From NCBI GenBank assembly GCA_947085325.1, contig CAMTVY010000013.1, positions 14,679-78,678 on the forward strand: a stretch of 64,000 nucleotides of DNA, written 5' to 3'. This document shows, piece after piece, positions 30,408 to 38,230 of the stretch. Position numbers and translations under genes: made by a program. Each line of letters begins with the position of its first letter. The first letter of the stretch is position 1. A model generated the notes under the pieces. That model ran no database searches and was not told where the DNA came from. It saw nothing but the letters and a program-made list of their open reading frames with translations. The stretch is from an uncultured Gammaproteobacteria bacterium (GTDB taxonomy: Bacteria > Pseudomonadota > Gammaproteobacteria > SURF-13).

Positions 30408-31064
30408 CTAGTGCTTCTGCTTCAGCAGCATCACCTGGCCGTTATTCTGCATTTCGAGGCGGCTCAGAAACGACATCCCGAGCAACACCTCTGACGGTGA
30501 GAGACCTTCGATCACCATGCCATCCACTTCGCGCAGATCGATGTCGCCCAGCTTGACCCTGGAAAGCTTGACCTGATAGGCGGGTGCGAGGCCGGAGGCG
30601 GTCGAGGCCGTGACGGGCTGCCCGTCGAGTTTGTAGTTGATGCCGAGCCGCTTTGCCTCAACGGAGTTCATTGCCACCAGCGTGGCGCCGGTGTCGACCA
30701 GAAAATTCACGGTCAGGCCATTGATGGTACCTACCGTGGCAAACATGCCCTGCGGGCTGCGGAAAATCGTGACGCTGGTGTGCGGAGGTGCGGCGAGGCG
30801 TGTATGCACCTCACTGCCGAGGGCGTAGTTTTTTTGCCTGCCTTCGATTTCCAGCACGGCCTCGTTGCTGGTGGCGCTGATGAGCTTGACGCCTTCGGGG
30901 CTGGTTTCACCCACGTTGAGTGCTTGTTGTTTGCCATCGATGACCACAATGGCTTTGTGTTTGAACAGACCAAGGACTATTACGCTGTTGACGGCGAACA
31001 GCGTCGGGCTTGCGAGCAGCAGCGCCAGACTGATGATGAATTTGCCGGTAGCAGAGCAAGGCAT
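30408..31064 (-). CDS. retropepsin-like (clan AA) aspartic protease with an N-terminal membrane anchor
   Basis: I trimmed the 416-aa track ORF to ATG 31064 (MPCSATGKFIISLALLLASP). The active-site motif is FLVDTGATLVAM. The upstream part of the track ORF is antisense to the amidotransferase gene. Confidence 0.75.
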   Translation of the reverse strand: MPCSATGKFIISLALLLASPTLFAVNSVIVLGLFKHKAIVVIDGKQQALNVGETSPEGVKLISATSNEAVLEIEGRQKNYALGSEVHTRLAAPPHTSVTIFRSPQGMFATVGTINGLTVNFLVDTGATLVAMNSVEAKRLGINYKLDGQPVTASTASGLAPAYQVKLSRVKLGDIDLREVDGMVIEGLSPSEVLLGMSFLSRLEMQNNGQVMLLKQKH

Positions 31065-31076
31065 AAGGCATTTATT

Positions 31077-31790
31077 ATGCGCCGTATGAAGCCGGTGCGC
31101 ATCTTCCGTCATATCGCCAATGAAGGGCCTGGCTACTTCGCCACGGTGCTGGAGCGGCGCGCTATCCCCTTGCAGCTCATACGCGTCGATCAGGGCGATG
31201 CCATCCCGCCCGGGGTGGACGACTGCGCCGGGCTGGTGTTCATGGGCGGCACGATGAGCGTGAACGATGACCTGCCGTGGATAGCCGAGGCGCTTGCGCT
31301 GATTCGCCGCGCCGCGCAGGCCGGCATACCGGTGTTGGGCCATTGTCTCGGCGGCCAGTTGATCAGCAAGGCCCTGGGCGGTGTGGTGCGCGCCAATGCC
31401 GTGCAGGAGTTCGGCTGGCATGCCGTGCAACGCGTGGACAAACCTGTGGCGCACGACTGGTTGGGGCAGTTGCCGTCCGAGTTCGACGTGTTTCATTGGC
31501 ATGGCGAGACGTTCAGTCTGCCCCAGGATGCAACACTGCTGCTGACCAGTGCCCATTGTGCGCATCAGGCATTTGTGTGGCGCAACATGCTGGCCCTGCA
31601 ATGCCATGTGGAGATGACGGCGGACATGGTGCGCGACTGGGCGGTACACAGCGATCATGAGATGGCCGCGCCCGGCGCGGGTGTGCAGAGCGCACAGCAG
31701 ATGCAGCAGAACCTTACGTCCAGAGTGGCCGCCCTCCAGCGTGTAGCGGACGTGCTGTATGAGCGCTGGCTGCGTTGTCTGGTGACATGA
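31077..31790 (+). CDS. class-I glutamine amidotransferase (GMP-synthase-like GATase1 domain protein)
   Basis: I trimmed the ORF to ATG 31077 (MRRMKPVRIF). It has the nucleophile elbow LGHCLGGQL and a C-terminal His region (ALQCHVE). Confidence 0.8.
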   Translation: MRRMKPVRIFRHIANEGPGYFATVLERRAIPLQLIRVDQGDAIPPGVDDCAGLVFMGGTMSVNDDLPWIAEALALIRRAAQAGIPVLGHCLGGQLISKALGGVVRANAVQEFGWHAVQRVDKPVAHDWLGQLPSEFDVFHWHGETFSLPQDATLLLTSAHCAHQAFVWRNMLALQCHVEMTADMVRDWAVHSDHEMAAPGAGVQSAQQMQQNLTSRVAALQRVADVLYERWLRCLVT

Positions 31791-32021
31791 CTGCGCAGGC
31801 AGGCGCGTAAAAACACCCGCGCTGCTATTGACACGGTAGCAGGATGCCCAAATAATCAGGACGTTGTGCGTTTATATGGCTGGGCCGAGTGAGTCTTGCG
31901 CGCGTGGTTTCAGGGCGTGGCAGGAGGTGCCAGACCATGCGAACCTCGTTGCCGGACATGCGGGTGCACGTCGGGCGTACGGGCAAGAGACAGTGCAGTT
32001 ATAACTTAAGGGGTTGTCTGT

Positions 32022-32225
32022 ATGAGTCTTGGTACGGTGAAGTGGTTCAATGACAGCAAGGGTTTTGGCTTTATTACACCGAATGATGGCAGCGAGGATG
32101 TGTTTGTGCACTACTCCGCCATCGAGGCTGAAGGCTTCAAGACGCTGACGCAGGGCCAGACGGTCGAGTTTGAAACGACTACCGGGCCGAAGGGATTGCA
32201 GGCGGCACACGTCAAGCCCGCCTGA
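32022..32225 (+). CDS. cold-shock protein, CspA family
   Basis: 67 aa with RNP1 KGFGFI and RNP2 VFVHY. About 230 nt of untranslated DNA lies upstream. Confidence 0.95.
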   Translation: MSLGTVKWFNDSKGFGFITPNDGSEDVFVHYSAIEAEGFKTLTQGQTVEFETTTGPKGLQAAHVKPA

Positions 32226-32477
32226 GCGGGCCGTGGGGTGTGCGGCTCACTGCCACAGGCAGGTGAGCGCATCGGCGAAGCGATGGCTGCTTGGCCTGTG
32301 TCTGCAACAGGCCGACCGAAGCGCAAGGCTGTTTTGTAACAGCCTGCGGGGGCTCGCCTTGATTTTACGCTGACTATTCTTCCCCAACGCGCTGCTCGCC
32401 CCGCCCAGGCGGTGGCATACTGGTAAAGTGTGCGGGTCTGCTGGGTTCAGGCACGCAGTGATTTTCAGGAAAGACAC

Positions 32478-32618
32478 ATGACCATTACCAAGATCAATAG
32501 CCTGTTGCTCGCTGTCACGCTGTTTGCGGCCGTTGCCTTGAGCGGCTGCGGACAGAAGGGCGATCTGTATCTGCCGGATCGCTGGCAAGATCAGCCCGTG
32601 ACTACCTCCGGCCGCTAA
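32478..32618 (+). CDS. lptM: small lipoprotein LptM (YifL-like)
   Basis: I trimmed the ORF to ATG 32478, which follows AGGAAAG. It has the lipobox LSGC followed by GQKGDLYLP, the YifL/LptM signature. It lies immediately upstream of lysA, as in E. coli. Confidence 0.8.
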   Translation: MTITKINSLLLAVTLFAAVALSGCGQKGDLYLPDRWQDQPVTTSGR

Positions 32619-32654
32619 GCAAGGCCGCGCGCGGGTAGCGCGCCACACGTCATT

Positions 32655-33905
32655 ATGGATTACTTTCACTATTACAACGGACGCCTGTATGCCGAGGGCG
32701 TCGATCTCGCTGCGGTCGCCGCGACGCACGGCACGCCCTGTTACGTCTACTCGCGTGCCGCAGTGGAGGCAGGCTTTCGTGCCTTTGACGAAGCGTTGGC
32801 GGTCCATCCCCACGGCCATCTGGTGTGCTATGCGGTCAAGGCCAACCCCAATCTCGCCGTGCTCAACTGTCTGGCGCGGCTGGGCGCGGGGTTCGATGTC
32901 GTCTCCGGTGGCGAATTGGCGCGCGTACTGGCGGCGGGCGGTGATGCGGGCAAGGTGGTATTTTCCGGTGTCGGCAAGCGCCCCGACGAGATGCGCGAGG
33001 CGCTCACGGCCGGCATCCGCTGCTTCAATGTTGAATCTGCGCCGGAGCTTGAACGGCTGAACGAGGTGGCGGGCGCGCTCGGCAAGCGTGCGCCGGTCGC
33101 GCTGCGCGTCAACCCCGATGTGGATGCGCGCACCCATCCGTATATTGCCACCGGTCTCGCAGACAGCAAGTTCGGCATTCCCATCGCCATGGCGCCGGAG
33201 GTCTATGCCCGGGCAGCGGCACTGCCGCATATCGAGATCGTTGGGGTGGATTGCCACATCGGCTCGCAACTGACTGACACCGCGCCGTTCGTGGCGGCGG
33301 CCGAGCGGGTGCTGGCGCTGGTGGATGCGCTGGCACGGCAGGGCATCATCCTGCATGAGCTGGATCTGGGGGGCGGATTGGGCATTCCCTATCAGGGCGA
33401 AACGCTACCCGCGCCGCAAGCCTATGTTGCAGCGCTGCTGGGCGCCGTGGGCGATCGTGCCTGCACCCTGCTCATTGAGCCGGGGCGCGCCATCATCGGC
33501 AATGCGGGCCTGCTGCTCACGCGGGTGGAGTATCTCAAGCTCAATGACGCGAAAAATTTTGCCGTGGTCGACGCCGCCATGAATGATCTGATGCGCCCGG
33601 CGCTGTATGACGCCTGGCATGCGATTGAGCCGGTGCAGCCGCGCGCCGCGCCCGAGAGCGTGTATGACGTGGTCGGGCCGGTGTGCGAGAGCGGTGACTT
33701 CCTCGGCACTGCGCGCAGGCTGGCGCTGGAGCCGGGCGACCTGCTTGCCATTCGCTCTGCGGGCGCCTACGGCATGAGCATGAGCTCCAATTACAACACC
33801 CGCCCGCGCGCCGCGGAGGTGATGGTTGACGGTACGCAGGCCCATCTGGTGCGGACGCGTGAAACGGTGCCGGAGCTATTCGCCGCTGAACGCCTGCTGC
33901 CTTGA
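32655..33905 (+). CDS. lysA: diaminopimelate decarboxylase
   Basis: 416-aa PLP fold-III decarboxylase with YAVKAN, HIGSQ, GGGLGI and CESGD. Confidence 0.95.
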   Translation: MDYFHYYNGRLYAEGVDLAAVAATHGTPCYVYSRAAVEAGFRAFDEALAVHPHGHLVCYAVKANPNLAVLNCLARLGAGFDVVSGGELARVLAAGGDAGKVVFSGVGKRPDEMREALTAGIRCFNVESAPELERLNEVAGALGKRAPVALRVNPDVDARTHPYIATGLADSKFGIPIAMAPEVYARAAALPHIEIVGVDCHIGSQLTDTAPFVAAAERVLALVDALARQGIILHELDLGGGLGIPYQGETLPAPQAYVAALLGAVGDRACTLLIEPGRAIIGNAGLLLTRVEYLKLNDAKNFAVVDAAMNDLMRPALYDAWHAIEPVQPRAAPESVYDVVGPVCESGDFLGTARRLALEPGDLLAIRSAGAYGMSMSSNYNTRPRAAEVMVDGTQAHLVRTRETVPELFAAERLLP

Positions 33906-33924
33906 GTTACAATATGTATAAAGT

Positions 33925-34050
33925 CGCCTCTAAAAATCCCCTCTCCCTCCGGGAGAGGGTTGGGGTGAGGGGGTAAATACACGAATTTCGTCCCCTCATC
34001 CTCGCCTTCCCCCTCCGGGCGAAGGAGTTTCCAGTTTTTAGAAGTGCCCG
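33925..34050. repeat. family C composite palindromic (REP-like) element
   Basis: Bounded by CTCTAAAAAT ... GTTTTTAGAAG. Inside are hairpins CCCTCTCCC-TCCG-GGAGAGGG and GGGGTGAGGGG..TCCCCTCATCC. The core recurs inside dxs. Confidence 0.75.
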
Positions 34051-34076
34051 TAAAGTATTAACACAGGAATTCAACA

Positions 34077-34622
34077 GTGGAACAATTGCACGGAACGACG
34101 ATAGTGTCAGTGCGCCGCAACGGCAAGGTGGTGGTCGGCGGTGACGGGCAGGTGTCGATGGGCAATACCGTGATGAAAAGCAACGCCCGCAAGGTGCGGC
34201 GGCTGTATCACGACCAGGTCATCGCCGGGTTTGCCGGCGGCACCGCCGATGCCTTCACGCTGTTTGAGCGTTTCGAGGGCAAGCTGGAGAAGCATCAGGG
34301 CAACCTCACGCGCGCGGCGGTCGAGCTGGCCAAGGACTGGCGCACCGACCGCATGCTGCGGCGGCTGGAGGCATTGCTGCTGGTGGCTGACAAAAGCGTC
34401 TCGCTCATCATCTCCGGCAATGGCGATGTCATCGAGCCGGAAAACGGCCTCATGGCTATCGGCTCCGGCGGCCCCTACGCGCAAGCTGCTGCGCGCGCCC
34501 TGCTCGAAAACAGCGAACTCGACGCGCTTGCGATTGTTGAGCGCAGCCTCATGATTGCCGCCGACATCTGTGTGTTCACCAATTGCAATATCACCGTAGA
34601 AGAACTTGTTGCAACCGCTTGA
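34077..34622 (+). CDS. hslV: ATP-dependent protease subunit HslV
   Basis: 181 aa with a GTG start after AGGAA. The N-terminal sequence ..[12 protein letters not shown] carries the catalytic Thr. Confidence 0.93.
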   Translation: MEQLHGTTIVSVRRNGKVVVGGDGQVSMGNTVMKSNARKVRRLYHDQVIAGFAGGTADAFTLFERFEGKLEKHQGNLTRAAVELAKDWRTDRMLRRLEALLLVADKSVSLIISGNGDVIEPENGLMAIGSGGPYAQAAARALLENSELDALAIVERSLMIAADICVFTNCNITVEELVATA

Positions 34623-34630
34623 GTCCTGAC

Positions 34631-35950
34631 ATGTCCCTGACCCCGCAGCAAATCGTCCACGAGCTGGACAAGCATATCATCGGCCAGGCCGCCGCCAAGC
34701 GCGCCGTTGCCATTGCCCTGCGCAACCGCTGGCGCCGCAACCAGGTGGAGGAGTCGCTGCGCAATGAAATCACGCCCAAGAATATCCTGATGATCGGGCC
34801 GACCGGCGTCGGCAAGACCGAAATTGCGCGGCGGCTGGCAAAGCTCGCCCACGCGCCGTTTCTCAAGATCGAAGCCACCAAGTTCACCGAGGTGGGCTAT
34901 GTCGGCCGCGACGTCGAATCCATCATCCGTGATCTGGTCGATACCGCGATCAAGATGACGCGCGAGGAAGAAATAAAAAAGGTGCGCCCACGCGCCGAGG
35001 AGAGCGCCGAGGAGCGCATACTCGACATCCTGTTGCGTCCGGCGCGTGTGGATTCCCCGGTGGTACAGGACGAGCCTGCCACACGCCAGATATTCCGCAA
35101 GAAACTGCGCGAAGGCGCGCTCGATGAGCGCGAGATCGAGGTCGATCTGAGTGTTGCGCCCATGGGGGTCGAGATCATGGCCCCGCCGGGCATGGAGGAG
35201 ATGAGCAACCAGTTGCAGAGCATGTTCCAGAATCTGGCGGGCGCACGCACCCGCACGCGCAAGCTGCGGGTGAAGGAAGCCTTCAAGCTGCTAACCGACG
35301 AGGCCGCCGCCAAGCTCATTGACGAAGAGGCGCTGAAGGCGCGCGCACTGCACAGCGTCGAGCAAAACGGCATTGTGTTTATCGACGAGATCGACAAGAT
35401 CGCCAAGCGCGCTGAGTATGCCGGTGCGGATGTGTCGCGCGAGGGCGTGCAGCGCGACCTGTTGCCGCTGGTCGAGGGCAGCACGGTGTCCACCAAGCAC
35501 GGCATGGTGAAGACCGACCATATCCTGTTCATCGCGTCCGGCGCGTTTCATGTCGCCAAGCCCTCGGATCTGATTCCGGAATTACAGGGCCGCTTGCCGA
35601 TCCGCGTGGAAATGGACGCGCTCGGCGCGGAAGATTTTGTGCGCATCCTGACCGAGCCCGACGCCTCGCTGACTCGGCAGTACATCGCCTTGCTCGCAAC
35701 CGAAGGTGTGGCGCTGAGCTTCACCAAGGACGGCATCGCGCGGCTGGCCGAAGTGGCATGGAAGGTGAACGAGCGCACGGAAAACATCGGCGCGCGCCGC
35801 CTGCATACGGTGATGGAACGCCTGCTGGAGACGATCTCGTTCGAGGCATCGGATAAGGACGGCACCCGGCTCGAGGTCAATGCCGCCTATGTGGATGAGC
35901 ATCTCGGCAAGCTGGTCGAGGATGAAGACCTGACGCGTTACATCCTGTAG
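34631..35950 (+). CDS. hslU: ATP-dependent protease ATPase subunit HslU
   Basis: I trimmed the ORF to [19 protein letters not shown]. Walker A is [15 protein letters not shown] and Walker B is [10 protein letters not shown]. Confidence 0.95.
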   Translation: MSLTPQQIVHELDKHIIGQAAAKRAVAIALRNRWRRNQVEESLRNEITPKNILMIGPTGVGKTEIARRLAKLAHAPFLKIEATKFTEVGYVGRDVESIIRDLVDTAIKMTREEEIKKVRPRAEESAEERILDILLRPARVDSPVVQDEPATRQIFRKKLREGALDEREIEVDLSVAPMGVEIMAPPGMEEMSNQLQSMFQNLAGARTRTRKLRVKEAFKLLTDEAAAKLIDEEALKARALHSVEQNGIVFIDEIDKIAKRAEYAGADVSREGVQRDLLPLVEGSTVSTKHGMVKTDHILFIASGAFHVAKPSDLIPELQGRLPIRVEMDALGAEDFVRILTEPDASLTRQYIALLATEGVALSFTKDGIARLAEVAWKVNERTENIGARRLHTVMERLLETISFEASDKDGTRLEVNAAYVDEHLGKLVEDEDLTRYIL

Positions 35951-36089
35951 GGCATCTCTAAAAATGCGTCTTTTGCTTCAATACTGCGTTGCAGCTTGTC
36001 TCCGCTGCTCACATACTGGCGTGTATGCTGCGCTGCTCGCCTGCGCTGCGCCTTGTCTTGAAGCAAAATCCATCATTTTTAGAGACGCC
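35951..36089. mobile_element. family B MITE-like element, copy 1 (139 bp)
   Basis: The terminal inverted repeat is GGCATCTCTAAAAATG versus CATTTTTAGAGACGCC (15/16). CTGTAG flanks both ends directly, at 35945-35950 and 36090-36095. The interior matches 37364-37597. Confidence 0.8.
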
Positions 36090-36102
36090 CTGTAGCGCCA
36101 CC

Positions 36103-36480
36103 ATGGCAGACGAACCCAACAAACCGCGTCCGATAGAAATCAATCTGCATCAGAAGTCGCGCGTGCTCGAAGTCAGCTTCGACGACGGTGCGCATTTCAA
36201 CCTGTCGTGCGAATACCTGCGCGTCCATTCGCCGTCAGCCGAGGTGCGTGGTCACGGGCCGGGGCAGGAAGTGTTGCAGGTCGGCAAGGAACAGGTCAAC
36301 ATTAGCGCGATTGATCCGGTAGGCAGCTACGCCGTGCGCCTGCACTTTGACGACGGGCACAATACCGGGCTGTACTCCTGGCGCTATCTGTACGAGCTCG
36401 GTGCCCAGCATGAAGAGAAATGGCGTGATTATCTGGCGCGCCTGCAACAGGCGGGTGTGACCCGTTCGGCTGACTCATGA
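36103..36480 (+). CDS. DUF971-domain protein (gamma-butyrobetaine hydroxylase-like N-terminal domain)
   Basis: I trimmed the ORF to MADEPNKP. The motifs L.V.F.DG....LS.EYLRV.SPSAE and Y.V...F.DGH.TG.Y.W.YL are typical of DUF971. Pseudomonas has a gene in the same position after hslU. Confidence 0.75.
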   Translation: MADEPNKPRPIEINLHQKSRVLEVSFDDGAHFNLSCEYLRVHSPSAEVRGHGPGQEVLQVGKEQVNISAIDPVGSYAVRLHFDDGHNTGLYSWRYLYELGAQHEEKWRDYLARLQQAGVTRSADS

Positions 36481-36512
36481 GTTCATTGTTAAAATTATGC
36501 TCTCTGCTACGT

Positions 36513-36616
36513 TCCCGCCCCTTGTTTAGGGGGCGGGACAGGGTGGGGGTAGAGTTAACAGGGTTGTTACTCAGGAGACACCTTGTCAGCAGTGTGCCCT
36601 TACTTGGTGTCTCCTG
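36513..36616. repeat. family A structured repeat, copy 2 (DUF971-ubiE intergenic)
   Basis: About 85% identical to 12636-12740. It has the same G-run tract GGGGGCGGGACAGGGTGGGGGTAG and the CAGGAGACACC..GGTGTCTCCTG stem. It ends 10 nt before the ubiE ATG. Confidence 0.85.
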
Positions 36617-36626
36617 AGGCGGCGCT

Positions 36627-37370
36627 ATGGAAAAGAAGACCCACTTCGGTTTTGAAGACGTACCCGAGTCCGAAAAGGCGCGCCGTGTAGGCGCGGTGTT
36701 CGACTCGGTGGCGACGCGCTATGACGTGATGAACGATGCCATGTCGTTCGGTGTGCACCGGCTATGGAAGCGGTTCGCGGTGGAGCGTGCGGGTTTGCGC
36801 GGCGGCGAGTCGGTGCTGGATGTCGCGGGCGGCACGGGCGACATCGCGCGCTTGCTGGCGCGCAAGGTGGGCGCCAAGGGCAGGCTGGTGGTCACCGACA
36901 TTAATGCCGCCATGCTGGGCGTGGGGCGTGCGCGGCTGGTCGATGCGGGCGTGGTGGGTAACGTCGAATACGTGCAGGCCGATGCCGAGCACCTGCCGTT
37001 TCCCGACGACAGCTTCGACTGCATCACCATCGCCTTTGGCCTGCGCAACGTCACCCGCAAGGAGGCGGCACTGGCCTCCATGCAGCGGATACTGAAGCCG
37101 GGTGGGCGCTTGCTGGTGCTGGAGTTTTCCAAGCCGCGCCTGCCAGCCTTGGCGCCTGCCTATGATTTTTATTCCTTCAAGGTGTTGCCCGTGCTGGGCA
37201 AGCTGATTGCCGGCGATGAGGCGAGTTACCGTTATCTGGCCGAGTCGATACGCATGCACCCGGATCAGGACACGCTCAAAATGATGATGCAGCATGCGGG
37301 TCTGGAACGCTGCGAATACTTCAACCTCAGTGGCGGAATAGTAGCGCTGCACCGTGGCTACAAACTCTAA
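36627..37370 (+). CDS. ubiE: ubiquinone/menaquinone C-methyltransferase
   Basis: 247 aa with YDVMND, the SAM motif [16 protein letters not shown] and a C-terminal ..ALHRGYKL. Confidence 0.95.
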   Translation: MEKKTHFGFEDVPESEKARRVGAVFDSVATRYDVMNDAMSFGVHRLWKRFAVERAGLRGGESVLDVAGGTGDIARLLARKVGAKGRLVVTDINAAMLGVGRARLVDAGVVGNVEYVQADAEHLPFPDDSFDCITIAFGLRNVTRKEAALASMQRILKPGGRLLVLEFSKPRLPALAPAYDFYSFKVLPVLGKLIAGDEASYRYLAESIRMHPDQDTLKMMMQHAGLERCEYFNLSGGIVALHRGYKL

Positions 37371-37597
37371 AAAATGCGTCTTTCTCTCCAATACGGTGCT
37401 GTACAAGGACGTACTAATGGCGCGAGCGCAGGACGCGCAGGAGCGATCGTTACAGCTTGTCTCCGCTGCTCACATACTGGCGTGTATGCTGTGCTGTACA
37501 AGGATGCACGAATGGCGCGAGCGCAGGACGCGCAGGAGCGACCGATGCTCGCCTGCGCTGCGCCTTGTCTTGAGGCAAAATCCATCATTTTTAGGGG
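37364..37597. mobile_element. family B MITE-like element, copy 2 (about 234 bp), carrying two nested 52-bp direct repeats
   Basis: It has the same ends and core as copy 1. In addition it carries GCTGTACAAGGAYGYACKAATGGCGCGAGCGCAGGACGCGCAGGAGCGAYCG at 37398-37449 and 37493-37544 (48/52 identical). Its left end overlaps the ubiE stop. Confidence 0.8.
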
Positions 37598-37603
37598 CTC
37601 CCG

Positions 37604-38230
37604 TTGAGTCGCCCACTACCTACCCCGTTGGCCGTTGTATTTGAGGCCGCGCTCAATCGCTACCTGGCCATGGACGCGGACAGTCAGCGCCAGCTCGCGG
37701 CACTGTCCGGCAAGGCGGTGGCCGTTGAGCTTACCGATTTTGACTGGGAGTGGGTGTTGCTGGTACAGAACGACGGCCTGCGTGTGTTCAGCAGCTACGA
37801 CGGCCCGGTAACCGCGCGGCTGCGCGGCAGCAGCAGCGCCTTGCTGCGCATGGGGGCGGGAGACACGTCGCGCGCGGCGTTTTCCGCCGGCACGGTGGAG
37901 TTCAACGGCGACGTGGAGCTGGGGCAGCGCATCAAGGCCCTGTTTGACAACATCGACATCGACTGGGAAGAACAGCTATCCAGAGTGGTGGGCGATGTGG
38001 CGGCACACAGCATCGGCCACGCCGTGCGCAGCACGCACAACTGGGGCAAGCAGACGCTGGCTACACTGATGCAGGACTTTGCCGAGTATCAGCAGGAAGA
38101 GGCACGCAACCTGCCGACACAGGAGGAGGCCGAGGCATTCAACGCGGCAGTGGATACGCTGCGGGATGACGTCGCGCGGCTGGAGCAACGTATTCAGCGC
38201 CTGTCTGCCATGAAAAAAGACACACCATGA
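37604..38230 (+). CDS. ubiJ: ubiquinone biosynthesis accessory factor UbiJ (SCP2-like)
   Basis: 208-aa ORF with a TTG start, lying between ubiE and ubiB. It has an N-terminal SCP2-like region and a C-terminal amphipathic helix. The call rests mainly on conserved position. Confidence 0.7.
   Translation: MSRPLPTPLAVVFEAALNRYLAMDADSQRQLAALSGKAVAVELTDFDWEWVLLVQNDGLRVFSSYDGPVTARLRGSSSALLRMGAGDTSRAAFSAGTVEFNGDVELGQRIKALFDNIDIDWEEQLSRVVGDVAAHSIGHAVRSTHNWGKQTLATLMQDFAEYQQEEARNLPTQEEAEAFNAAVDTLRDDVARLEQRIQRLSAMKKDTP

Noticed and set aside
31065-31658. N-terminal extension of the aspartic-protease ORF, and the reciprocal extension (30780-31076) of the amidotransferase ORF
   Set aside because: Each extension is antisense to the other gene's well-supported coding region. 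The internal starts give proteins with proper N-termini.
32247-33356. 369-aa minus-strand ORF
   Set aside because: It is antisense to lysA and lptM and contains no recognisable domain.
37354-37644. 96-aa ORF and neighbouring 73-77-aa ORFs between ubiE and ubiJ
   Set aside because: They lie entirely within family B repeat copy 2. The same 'peptide' fragments (QLVSAAHILACML..) recur in copy 1 because the DNA is repeated, not because it codes for protein.
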